DNA of 58,422 nt, the filler included, from Porpidia crustulata (lineage: Eukaryota), in the NCBI GenBank assembly GCA_964255105.1. It is 5 parts of 5 records of this genome, joined end to end, with 100 filler letters (N's around TTAATTAATTAA, not from the genome) between each part and the next. Parts side by side here need not be neighbours in the genome. Positions count along the whole stretch, not along the records: positions 35,131 to 46,730 come from CAXUWE010000632.1; positions 46,831 to 58,422 come from CAXUWE010000633.1; 3 more parts are not named here. The stretch is one strand, 5' to 3'. The translations under genes and the position numbers were made by a program. Below are positions 36,382 through 47,602 of this stretch, in pieces. How positions within the stretch are numbered: the stretch's first letter is position 1; the number at the start of each line of letters is the position of its first letter. The notes beneath the pieces are model-generated. The model made no database searches, was not told where the DNA came from, and worked only from the letters and a program-made list of their open reading frames with translations.

Positions 36382-38065
36382 TTATCGTCTGCGCGATTTA
36401 GTCTGACCCTTCAACGGCCCTGGAGCGTTCGATCGTTTCAAGCGGCCTCGCTCTTCAACACTTTCACCACTCTCTGCTCCGTTCATCCATTCCCTACCTT
36501 CGCCGGGACTTTTTCGTCTCATTGTACCGGGACCAATTGCAACAATTTCTTCTTCACTTTCACTGTCAATTATGTCTAGTATCACGGGCATTCGAAAAGC
36601 CTCTTTTTCGAATTCGCTCTTTACAGGTTCGATGGTCAAAACGTCGACAATTTCGTCTTCTAGATCCAATCGACGCTTGTGAATTTCTTCTATTGGATGG
36701 ATATCGAACTCATCTTCTCGTTCGACGTACTCAACGTTTTCTTCGACTTCCGCAAAGTCAGGAGCGAGGGCTGACCACCGCTGAGGCGTAACTATTGACC
36801 ATAGATAAACACGTCCCGTTTCAAGACCACATGCAGCAACAAAAGGACGATGTGGGTGCCACTGGCCTTTCTTAGCTTACCACGGCTTAACTCACATGCA
36901 AACATACCTCTACGACGCCAAGCTCTTCTTTCGGACCCTCTAGAATCTTTACTAAGCTTCCATGGCTTCTTTCCCATACGTAAATATCATGATTCATGTA
37001 CGTTGATGCAGTAACATATTCTCCAGTCGAGCTGAAGGCCACATGATTCCACGAAAGCCTATTCACCACATCTTGAAACTTATGTTCGACCTCTACTTTG
37101 ATATTGTCAAGATCTAAATTCGCTTGTGATAGGTTCGGGATTGGAATTGTACGAATGACTCGATCACTGGAATTGGAAACCATATCACGTCCAGATGGTG
37201 TGAGGCGAAGATAGATAATAACACCGTTACACAAACGGGTAGAATGTATGACAAGACAAGATTCTGTGTCTACGATATTTAACCAGCCTTTGCTGGTCCC
37301 GGCAACGATGTGGCTGCCTGTGGCGCTGAATATCGTGACGCAAGTCGTTTGCTTTGCATCAATTGCTGCTTGTTTCTCGCTGGATTCTTCACCATCAACG
37401 CGAATTCGCCTCGGCGCAGAGGGAAGTTGACGCTTCACTGGAACTACATTGGACACATCGACTAGCATTGGCTGATCCTCAAAAAGTGATGCCACGAATA
37501 GTAAGCTGTCAACACGTTCAGCCGATTATCGTGGATTAGACATTTGAACTTACTGGTTGCATGGATGGAGTTCAGCAATATATACAGGCGCTTGGAAGCG
37601 AACGGTGCGTATTCTTTCCCCATGCTTGAGGTCCCACAGTGCACATTTCCAATCCTGGGAAGAGCTGAGCAGATATCTTCCGTCTCTTGACCAGCTGAAA
37701 GTTTCAGCAGCTGTAGTGCTGGGAGTATACCGCTTTGGCATACCTTAACGATTGAATCTGGCGAGTGTGACCACGTAATTTGCGTGCAACTCCATTTGTC
37801 TCGACGTCAAATATTACAATCGTTCCGTCAACCTTCTCTACGTCAGCGAATCATGTTTGTCGATCTAGAGTATACTATTACCCTGCCAGACGCAAGAAAG
37901 TCCCCTTTACGATTGAATCGGATGCATGTAGCATGTCCAGATCCTTCATAACCATAAGCTTGACCTTAGAGACGAGTTGATCTTCATGAGCCTACTGAGT
38001 TTCCCAGTAAGAGACTCGGGATAGTCTTGTGCAAGAATAAAGGGATCGATCAAAGACAAGTTCAT
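36382..38065 (-). CDS. SWD1: COMPASS/Set1C WD40 subunit Swd1 (RBBP5)
   Basis: MNLSLIDPFILAQDYPE, HKFQDVVNRLSW, LVKILEGPKEEL, and WSALAPDFAEVEENVEYVEREDEFD. Five introns. Confidence 0.93.
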
Positions 38066-38710
38066 ATTGTCAAAAAGTAGGGCTGCAGCAGCCGCTTACG
38101 GTCGCCGACACTCATAAGTTCGTGGAAAATCTTGGCCCTGGTGAAAGAAGATTGAATTTCAGAGATTGTGTTGTCATGGTATTTGGGTTCAATCATGAGT
38201 GATCTGCGTGTGAAGTGATAGTCAGGAATAGTTTTATTGTTCCGCTCTTCACAGTGCGGCTCCTCCGTGCAACACGCTAAATTAGTCATACCTAGAATCG
38301 ACCACCTAACCACGTACCTTACTACGAACCGCACAATTTCCGTCTCCTTTCCATCAACACACACGTGCGGAAATCTCACCAAGTCCACGACTGCAGCTGA
38401 TCCAGTTGCAATATCAGCGACAAGTGTATGCGTTTACCCCCAGATCAAGCTTTCATCTCCTTGAACGAAAATTGGAGTGAGCAGTATCGAAAAAGCCGCC
38501 TTGGCGGCAAGGCCACGGCCTACCGCTGTCGCGAGATTATTTAGCCAAAGTCGTGTCACTACTAAGGTTTCCCTGACTCTAGGCGTTATATATTGATATT
38601 TGGGATTTATTCTATGATATCTCAATCCGACATTTACTCCGGCACAACCAGCTTACAGGAGCTACCAGAACCTCGTTGCCATCTTCCGCTTTGTGCAACC
38701 GACGGCAGCG

Positions 38711-41700
38711 ATGGCAAACCTAAATTTTCAGTATTCGAGCGCGCAACTGCGCTCGATTCAAGAGATTCAATTTGGGCTTCTATCGCCAGAAGAGATCAAA
38801 AACATGAGTGTGGCCCATATCCAGTATCCTGAGACCATGGACGATTCAGGTCAACGTGCACGAGATATGGGACTAGCCGATCCCCGACTTGGATCCATTG
38901 ATAGGACTACGAAATGTGGAACCTGTGATGAGAACATGTCGGAATGCGCCGGTCACTTTGGGCATATCGAGCTTGCCGTCCCAGTCTTCCATATCGGTAT
39001 ACCAATTCCTGCTTAGCACCATCTATCTTTCATAGCATGGACTAAATATGCTTAGGCTTCATGACCAAAATAAAAAAGCTACTTGAGACTGTCTGCCATA
39101 ATTGTGGCAAGATTTTGGCAGACGAAGTTAGACATCCCTTACGGGGTGACCGATCTTCCTGTGAAACCTGCGCTAATATTCTTCAAATATAGAGCACCCC
39201 AGGATTTCGAGACGCTTTGCGCTATCGAGACCCCAAGAGACGCTTCGATGCAGTCTGGCGGCTTTGCAAGCCCAAGACAAAATGCGAAACTTCAGCCGGT
39301 GAAGATGTGGACAATTCAGATAAGGGCAAAGAACCAAAGCATGACCACGGTGGCTGTGGGAATCTTCAGCCGGAGGTTCGTCGGGAAGGCCTTAAGCTGA
39401 TCGGAACGTGGAAGATACCAAAAGGTGATGATGAAAACGAAGGGCAACAGCCAGAAAAGAAACCAATCACGCCACAAATGGCACTCAATATTTTTCGTCA
39501 TATATCAATAGAGGACATAAGGACCATGGGTCTGAGTAGCGACTACGCGCGCCCAGAGTGGATGATCATCACGGTTTTGCCAGTGCCGCCACCACCTGTT
39601 CGACCTAGCATATCTGTAGACGGTGGTAACGGCTCGCGCGGAGAGGACGACTTGACCTACAAGCTCGGAGATATCATTCGCGCAAATGGTAACGTTCAAC
39701 GTTGCGAAACAGAAGGATCCCCAGCGCATATTGTAACCGAATTTGAGCATCTGCTGCAATTTCATGTGGCAACATACATGGACAATGATATTGCCGGTCA
39801 GCCACAGGCTTTGCAGAAATCTGGACGACCAGTCAAGTCTATCCGTGCTCGTTTGAAGGGAAAAGAAGGTCGTCTTCGAGGAAATTTGATGGGAAAACGT
39901 GTTGATTTTTCTGCCCGGACAGTCATAACTGGAGATCCCAACCTATCCCTTGACGAAGTTGGCGTACCAAGGAGTATTGCAAGGACCCTGACTTATCCTG
40001 AGACTGTGACTCCATACAATATCGAAAAACTCCACCAGTTGGTCACGACTGGTCCCACTGAACATCCTGGTGCAAAGTACGTAATACGTGATTCGGGGGA
40101 AAGAATCGATCTACGACATCATAAACGAAAACAGGAGATCTCGCTGCAATATGGATGGAAGGTTGAGCGCCATATCGTCGATGGGGACTACATCATATTT
40201 AATCGGCAGCCATCGTTACATAAGGAATCTATGATGGGGCATCGTGTCCGAGTAATGCCATATTCAACTTTTCGCCTCAATTTGTCGGTCACATCGCCAT
40301 ATAACGCAGATTTTGATGGCGACGAGATGAATTTGCACGTTCCGCAAAGCGAGGAAACCCGGGCAGAAGTCAATCAGCTCTGTATGGTACCGCTCAATAT
40401 TGTTTCGCCTCAGCGCAACGGCCCTTTAATGGGCATCGTACAAGACACTCTTGCAGGCATCTACAAGATGTGCAGACGGGATGTCTTTATGACCAAAGAG
40501 CAAGTCATGAATATTCTGCTTTGGGTTCCCGAATGGGACGGCACAATCCCCCAGCCTGCTATCCTGAAGCCGCGGCCCAAGTGGACCGGAAAACAAATCA
40601 TAAGTCTAGTGGTGCCTCAAGGCCTGAATCTAACACGTGTCAGTGATGAAGGCTTATCACCGATTAACGATGATGGCCTGATGGTGTCTGGGGGAGAGTT
40701 GATGTACGGACTTTTCAGTAAAAAGTCAGTTGGCGCTACTAGTGGCGGAGTGATACACATCATCTTCAACGAGAAAGGTCCAGACGCTGCCATGACCTTC
40801 TTCAACGGAGCTCAGATGGTTGTCAACCATTGGCTCCTCCACAACGGCTTCAGCATTGGCATTGGCGACACTATCCCAGATCGAAATACCATTCGACAAA
40901 TTGAAGATGCCGTCACTAAGCAGAAGGAAGATGTTGCTGAGATTACACGAAGCGCAACTGAGAACGAGCTTGAGCCTCTTCCTGGGATGAATGTGCGTGA
41001 AACATTTGAAAGCAAGGTATCAAAAGCACTGAACAAGGCTCGTGACGATGCTGGGACTGTCACGGAAGACAGTCTCAAAGATCTGAATAATGCTATCCAA
41101 ATGGCCCGCTCTGGATCGAAAGGCTCCACTATTAACATATCCCAAATGACCGCTGTTGTAGGCCAGCAGTCTGTGGAAGGCAAACGAATTCCATTTGGCT
41201 TCAAGTATAGGACTTTGCCACATTTTACAAAAGACGACTACTCGCCTGAGTCCCGAGGCTTTGTAGAGAACTCCTATCTTCGCGGTCTGACTCCCACCGA
41301 GTTCTTCTTCCACGCTATGGCTGGCCGTGAGGGTCTCATTGATACTGCAGTGAAAACCGCCGAAACGGGTTACATACAACGCCGCCTGGTCAAAGCGCTT
41401 GAAGACGTCATGGCAAAGTATGATGGAACCGTACGCAATTCGCTGGGAGACATTGTGCAATTCGTTTATGGCGAAGACGGTCTCGACGGTGTGCATATTG
41501 AGGCCCAGAAATTGGATATCATCACGAGTTCGCATGAGCAGTTTGACAATAAATTCCGTGTCGATTTGATGGATCCTCGACCTGAAGCAAGTATATCTCC
41601 TGATTATTTGGAACAAGCAAATGAGATCGCCGGTGATCTTGAGGTGCAAGCGTTTCTAGATGAAGAATTTGAGCAACTTCAAGCTGCGAGAGACTTCCTA

Positions 41701-44109
41701 CGGAAGAACAAGCAGGACGATAACGAGCAGCTCCAGCTTCCAATCAATGTACTGCGTATCATTGACGCTGCGAAAACCATATTTAAGATTAAAAATGGCG
41801 CTCGAAGCAATCTGCACCCCGCCGAGGTTATTCCCCAAGTGCGAGACCTTCTCGACCGTCTTGTGGTAGTTCGTGGCGACGATGAACTCTCCAAAGAGGC
41901 CCAACATAACGCCACATTACTTTTCAAGGCCCAGCTTCGTTCGCGTCTGGCTTTCAAGCGCCTGGTGAAGGAGAATTCTCTGAATAAGTTAGCGTTCCAG
42001 CATGTCATTGGCGAGATTGAGAGTCGATTTTCACGAGCTCTTGTCAATCCAGGCGAGATGGTTGGGGTTCTTGCTGCGCAGTCCCTTGGGGAACCGGCCA
42101 CTCAAATGACATTGAACACCTTTCATTTTGCCGGTGTTTCCTCGAAGAATGTTACACTCGGTGTGCCGCGTCTGAAAGAAATCTTGAATGTGGCGAAGAA
42201 CATTAAGACTCCTTCGATGACGGTATATCAAGAGGAGGGCAATACTGGGAATAAAGAAAGTGCAAAGCTTCTGCGAAGCGCCGTAGAGCATACGACGTTA
42301 CGTTCTGTAACAGAGAGTACCGAGGTCTATTATGATCCTGATATCCAATCGACTGTTATCGAGGCGGATAAGGATATGGTGGATTCCTATTTTATTCTGC
42401 CAGAAGCTGACGTAGATGACCAATTCCGCCAATCGAGGTGGCTGCTCCGTATAATCCTTGGGCGTCGTAGTCTACTTGACAAGGGTCTCACCGTGCAGGA
42501 TGTTGCTGCTAAGATCAAGGAAAATTATGCGAAGGATCTAGCTGTGATTTTCAGCGACGATAACGCCGACGAACAAGTTGTCCGTATTCGTATGATACAG
42601 GATCACAGCAAAGGGGACGAAGACGAGGATCTTGAAGAAGATCTCATGCTGAAGAGATTAGAAGCCCATATCCTTGACACACTTACGCTGCGAGGAGTCC
42701 CTGGTATTGAAAGAGCCTTCCTCAACAAGAGGACAAAGCTTCGTTTGGCGGACGATGGTGCGTTGATCATGAGGGCTAAAGATCCCCTCTGTGAAGAATG
42801 GTTCTTAGACACTAGTGGTTCATCTCTTGGAGAAGTTCTAACCATTCCTGGCGTGGATACGAAACGCACCTACTCTAATTCTTTTATCGAAGTCTTCGAA
42901 GTCTTCGGCATCGAAGCTACCCGATCCGCTCTTATGCGCGAATTGACGCAGGTGTTGGCATTTGATGGCTCATATGTCAATCATCGGCATTTGGCGCTTT
43001 TGGTCGACGTGATGACTTCTCGAGGACACTTAATGGCCATTACACGTCATGGTATTAATAGAGCCGATACTGGTGCATTAATGAGATGCTCCTTTGAAGA
43101 GACTGTGGAAATTCTACTCGAGGCTGCTGCTAGCGGCGAGCTGGACGATTGTAGAGGCGTGTCCGAAAACGTCATGCTTGGTCAGCTTGCACCTCTGGGA
43201 ACTGGTGAACTCGAAGTTTTCCTTGACCAGGATATGCTAAACACTGTTATTTCGGACAATGCTAGGTTTGGTATCATGCCCAACATCGGGATCAAAGGCA
43301 ATATGGTCCCTGATGGCGCAGCCACGCCTTATGATAGTGGCTCACCTCTGGGCGACAGTGGGTACCTTGGCACATCTGACGGTGCAGCGTTCTCACCCAT
43401 TGCTCAACCCGGTGGCGGGACTCCAGGTGGTTTCTCCGAATACCAGCCTCAAGGGTTTAGCGGTAGCCTTAGCCCTTACTCTGGTAATCGAAGTCCAGGT
43501 GGTGGCTATTCGCCGAGCAGTCCTTTCCACACAAGTCCTTCGTCTCCTCTCTTTTCTCCGACGTCTCCTGCAGGCTACTCACCAACGTCCCCTGGCATGA
43601 GTATCAGTAGTCCTGCGTTCGCAGTGTCGCCTCGCTTCTCGCCTGCGAGCCCCGCATTTACACCGACATCGCCCGCGTACTCTCCAACATCGCCAGCCAT
43701 AGGTCAAGTTGGTATCTCGCCTACTTCGCCATCATACTCTCCAACCTCTCCGAGCTACTCACCAACCTCTCCAAATTCGTATAGTCCGACTTCGCCTAGC
43801 TACAGTCCTACTTCCCCAAGCTATAGCCCAACGTCACCAGTGTACAGTCCAACCAGCCCGCAATTCGGGGGTGCAGCAGTTGCGAAACAACAATCGCCAA
43901 CTTCTCCGACATCACCAGCAAGTTACAGTCCCACATCTCCGGTATACAGTCCTACGAGCCCTGCCGGAAGCTATTCACCGACTTCCCCAAACATGGCTGG
44001 ATCCCCAACTTCTCCTGGCTCAGCACCGTACTCAGCCTCATCTCCGAAATGGTCGCCAACCTCCCCGACCTCCCCTGTCTACTCTCCTACATCTCCTAAA
44101 GGCAATTAG
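38711..44109 (+). CDS. RPB1: RNA polymerase II largest subunit
   Basis: Catalytic [16 protein letters not shown] and heptad CTD. Two 5' introns (38998-39056 and 39128-39193, approximate). Confidence 0.98.
43480..44100 (+). repeat. RPB1 CTD heptad repeats (degenerate YSPTSPS)
   Basis: Repeated SPTSP units in the translation. Confidence 0.9.
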
Positions 44110-44694
44110 TCTCATATTAAATCACAAATTCTGAACCCGTAACATTCCGGCAGAATTCTTGTTCTGGGCTTCAAAGCAAGCACGTGCAGCCGAACTAGTC
44201 TCCATCCATGCAACCATCCTCGCCCTGGTGTACTTTTACTATTTAATTCTGCGTTATGGATGAGAAAGACAGGCTCTGACTTTACGTGCACGTCGCATTG
44301 ATTTAGGGGGGGCGACTTGCAATCTTATTCCGTCTGGCGTTGTCGTATATTCCGTTTCCCAAGCTCTTCCCGGAGGAAATGTTTGTCGCGAAGACTTATC
44401 ACACTGTGCTTGGTCGGGCTCTTGTTTTCCAGAGCTCTTAATCAGACTGAAAATTTAGATATCCGCGGGAGCGCATCAGCATGGCGTTGGGGTGATTGGT
44501 AGCGTCTGGAAAACAAGGCTTGAGAATTGCAGACCGTGGGCCATAGAATTTGAAACTGCCGTTTTCCTTTGCAACTTTGTGCTTGTAATTTGTCCCGGAT
44601 AGCATTGTAGTCTGACAGATGTGAGATCTTTAAACCAAGACCACCATATCTTAGAATTCTTTTCTGACTAAACGTCTGTGCGATCCAACCCCAA

Positions 44695-45987
44695 ATGGCA
44701 AAATCCAAGTTTGTAGCCCAAACTATCTAATGCCTCATCCTTGTATATCGACTAATGTTCTAAGATATGAATACGTAAAAAGCTTTGAGCAATCTATCAG
44801 CCTTCTCTACAATACGTATATGGTTGTCAGGATCGATGGTCGTGGGTTCCATAAGTACAGACCTCAGCCCGTTGACCCCCTTTTGTTAGCATGAGCTGTG
44901 GCTGTATCAGTCGCTCACTCACCCAGACTTTCTGCCAAATATGGCTTCGAGAAACCCAATGACAGTATGGCGCTGGGATTGATGAACGCAGCCGCGGTGG
45001 GCGTCATGAAAGAATTAGTGGATATTCAGGTTGCTTACGGTATCAGCGATGAGTTCAGGTATGATGATTCTTTGCAATCAGTAGTCCCAAATCGTACGCT
45101 GAGATGGGACTGTCAGTTTTGTTTTCGATCGATCTTGCAATCTGTTCCAAAGACGTGAGAGGTACGTATCCCGCCTACTTCTTGCTTCATTTGAGACTTG
45201 GTGAGACTGAGATGGAAAGCGCAGTAAAATTCTCACCACTGTCGTTTCTACATTCACCTCCCACTACGTCCACTTATGGCCCTCCTATTTCCCTTCGAAA
45301 CCGCTTTCCATGCCCATGCCATCGTTTGATGGAAGGGTGGTGCAGTATCCGAGTACAGCGAATCTGAGGGATTACATGAGTTGGAGGCAGGTCGATTGTG
45401 AGTAGCAGCTCGTTTGTTGTGAGGCAGAGCAGATACGATCTTATTGATCGTGACAGGCCATATCAACAATCTCTACAATACTACGTTTTGGGCTCTGGTC
45501 CAGAAAGGGGGGATGGACGCTACGAAAGCAGAAGAGCAGCTCAAGGTATTTTCGCCTGAGTACAACGTACAAAATGATTTTCTAATTTTCCATTAGGGGA
45601 CACTTGCGGCTGATAAGAATGACATTTTGTTCTCAAGGCTTGGTATCAACTACAATGATGAGCTAGAATTATTTAAAAAGGGTAGCGTGGTCTTTCGTGA
45701 CGTGTGTTATCCCATCTTTTTCCGCTTCAAAAGTCTAAAATGACTCTTGAACAAAGATTGCATCGAAGGTTGGGTTGAGCCTAGATAGGAGGACTACTAA
45801 GGCCGCCGACGACATACCCAGCACCGGTCCGCTCGAATTATCGAGTACAGAGGCAGAGAAAGGAGGGAAAAGGCAAATGAGAGCAATCATTAAAGTGGAA
45901 CATCTTGATATCATCAAGGATGATTTCTGGGAACAGCGACCATGGCTGTTGAACAGTAAGATGGCCATATCGAAATACGAGCCCTGA
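44695..45987 (+). CDS. THG1: tRNA(His) guanylyltransferase
   Basis: Eight exons splice to [13 protein letters not shown]...[11 protein letters not shown]...[10 protein letters not shown]...PSFDGR...[21 protein letters not shown]...[10 protein letters not shown]. Confidence 0.92.
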
Positions 45988-46265
45988 CTGAGGAAAACGG
46001 ATTACTAGAGTGTCTCGGGCTGGCTTCTGACATCGGCCCCTTTCCATTTGGTCATCTGATCCAAAGTCGCCGAGCTTTACTCCAGTCAGACTACCATAAG
46101 TTGGCCAATCAAATGCCTCGAACAAATGACATGTGTGCCTTCATTCCCGAGCTCTCAAGGCGATGCCTCACAAGCTCTTGCAGTTGATAGTCGCCAAATC
46201 CCGGCAAATGTTTCGCAGCTTTCCTTGTCGAGTAAGCCGTAGAACCATCCCAAGCATAGTAAGAG

Positions 46266-46730
46266 TCAAGCATCGTCAGTGCTTTCATTCCTTCGCTTCT
46301 TCCTCCGGGCCGGTAGTGATGCTATAGAGAGATCTACGGAAACTTTGCTCTTTCCGAAGACTTCGGCCGTCTGCAGAGGCCTTGCTGCACATGAATTGCG
46401 CCAATCCTCCTTCGCTAGTTTCTCTACTCCTTGATCGTTACTTATCGTAGCGTCCATGACCTTTCCTTGCTTCCTTTGCTGCTCAACCGAAGATACATCT
46501 TCACAGAGAGTCTCGACGGATTGCGTAGCTAAGGGCTTCAGTAATACCTGCGATCTATCACCTGTAGACCTTTTCTCCCTCTGCTTCCGCTTCCTTGCAC
46601 CTCGCTCTTTGATGCTTTTACTCTTCCTACATTTCTCCTCATCCCCTTTCTTCCCTTCTATAATATCTGGCGGGATTGTGCCCTCCAGTCCTTGCCCCCT
46701 GATGAAAGCCCCGTACAATCCCCCATCGCC
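46266..46730 (-). CDS. 3' fragment of a basic, Lys/Arg-rich protein, possibly Tma23-like (5' part lost at contig end)
   Basis: Frame is open to the contig edge. LYGAFIRGQGLEGTI followed by a K/R-rich tail resembles fungal Tma23-like nucleolar proteins (from recollection, not verified). Confidence 0.4.
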   Translation of the reverse strand, partial: GDGGLYGAFIRGQGLEGTIPPDIIEGKKGDEEKCRKSKSIKERGARKRKQREKRSTGDRSQVLLKPLATQSVETLCEDVSSVEQQRKQGKVMDATISNDQGVEKLAKEDWRNSCAARPLQTAEVFGKSKVSVDLSIASLPARRKKRRNESTDDA

Positions 46731-46830
46731 NNNNNNNNNNNNNNNNNNNNNNNNNNNNNNNNNNNNNNNNNNNNTTAATTAATTAANNNNNNNNNNNNNN
46801 NNNNNNNNNNNNNNNNNNNNNNNNNNNNNN
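46731..46830. other. Artificial contig linker
   Basis: N44-TTAATTAATTAA-N44. Confidence 0.97.
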
Positions 46831-47602
46831 ATCTTGGCCCCACCATTTCCTCCCCAAAGCAGCAGAGGTAGGTAAATAAGTGGAAGCCTAGAACGTCGTT
46901 CTTGCAGGCGGAATCTCTGTGTAGAAGCGAGTGTTTCGTGGAAAGGTGTTCTAGTAGGGAAGTGGAAGGGGGAGCGAGGAGATTGTTTTGGGATGTATAG
47001 TATCGGCGAGGACGAACGAGGAATTGGCGTATTATCATCCCAGGACAGTAGATACATGCAAATAAGACCATCACGACACAACACAACACAAGCAATTCAC
47101 ATCTCCCCCGTCTACCATATCTTATCATGAAAAAACCACGTTTCCATACCTCGATTCCTATAAACCTCTAGGCTTTTTCTAAAAATCCCCTTCTCATCTG
47201 GATACCTAGACGCCTCCATCAAGCATGTTAAATAGTGAATATATCCACAACCCATCATCCAAAAGAACATGTCCAAAACAAGGAAGAGAAGGAAAAGATA
47301 TATAGGTTCCCTTCCCTCCGCCAAGATTTTGAATGAAACCAAATTGCAGGCAGTATCGGCATGTCATCGCCAGGCATGTAGGGGATATCGTTATGTATTC
47401 CATGCCCCCAGAAACAAATGGGAAGGAAAAAAAAGTATACCGCCTCGATCGTGGAAACAGTATAAAGTAGGCCAAAAAAATATGTCGCAAGCTCGAACAA
47501 ACCAAAAGCCGCCGACATGGTCATTATAAACACCTTCCTCGCGCCAACAACAAGACCACATCCCGAGAAAATATTCAAAATCCCAAATCTATTACCCACT
47601 CG

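Noticed and set aside
44102..44153. Possible GC-AG intron at the RPB1 stop codon
   Set aside because: The donor GCAATT and the branch site are poor matches, and the in-frame TAG gives a plausible end.
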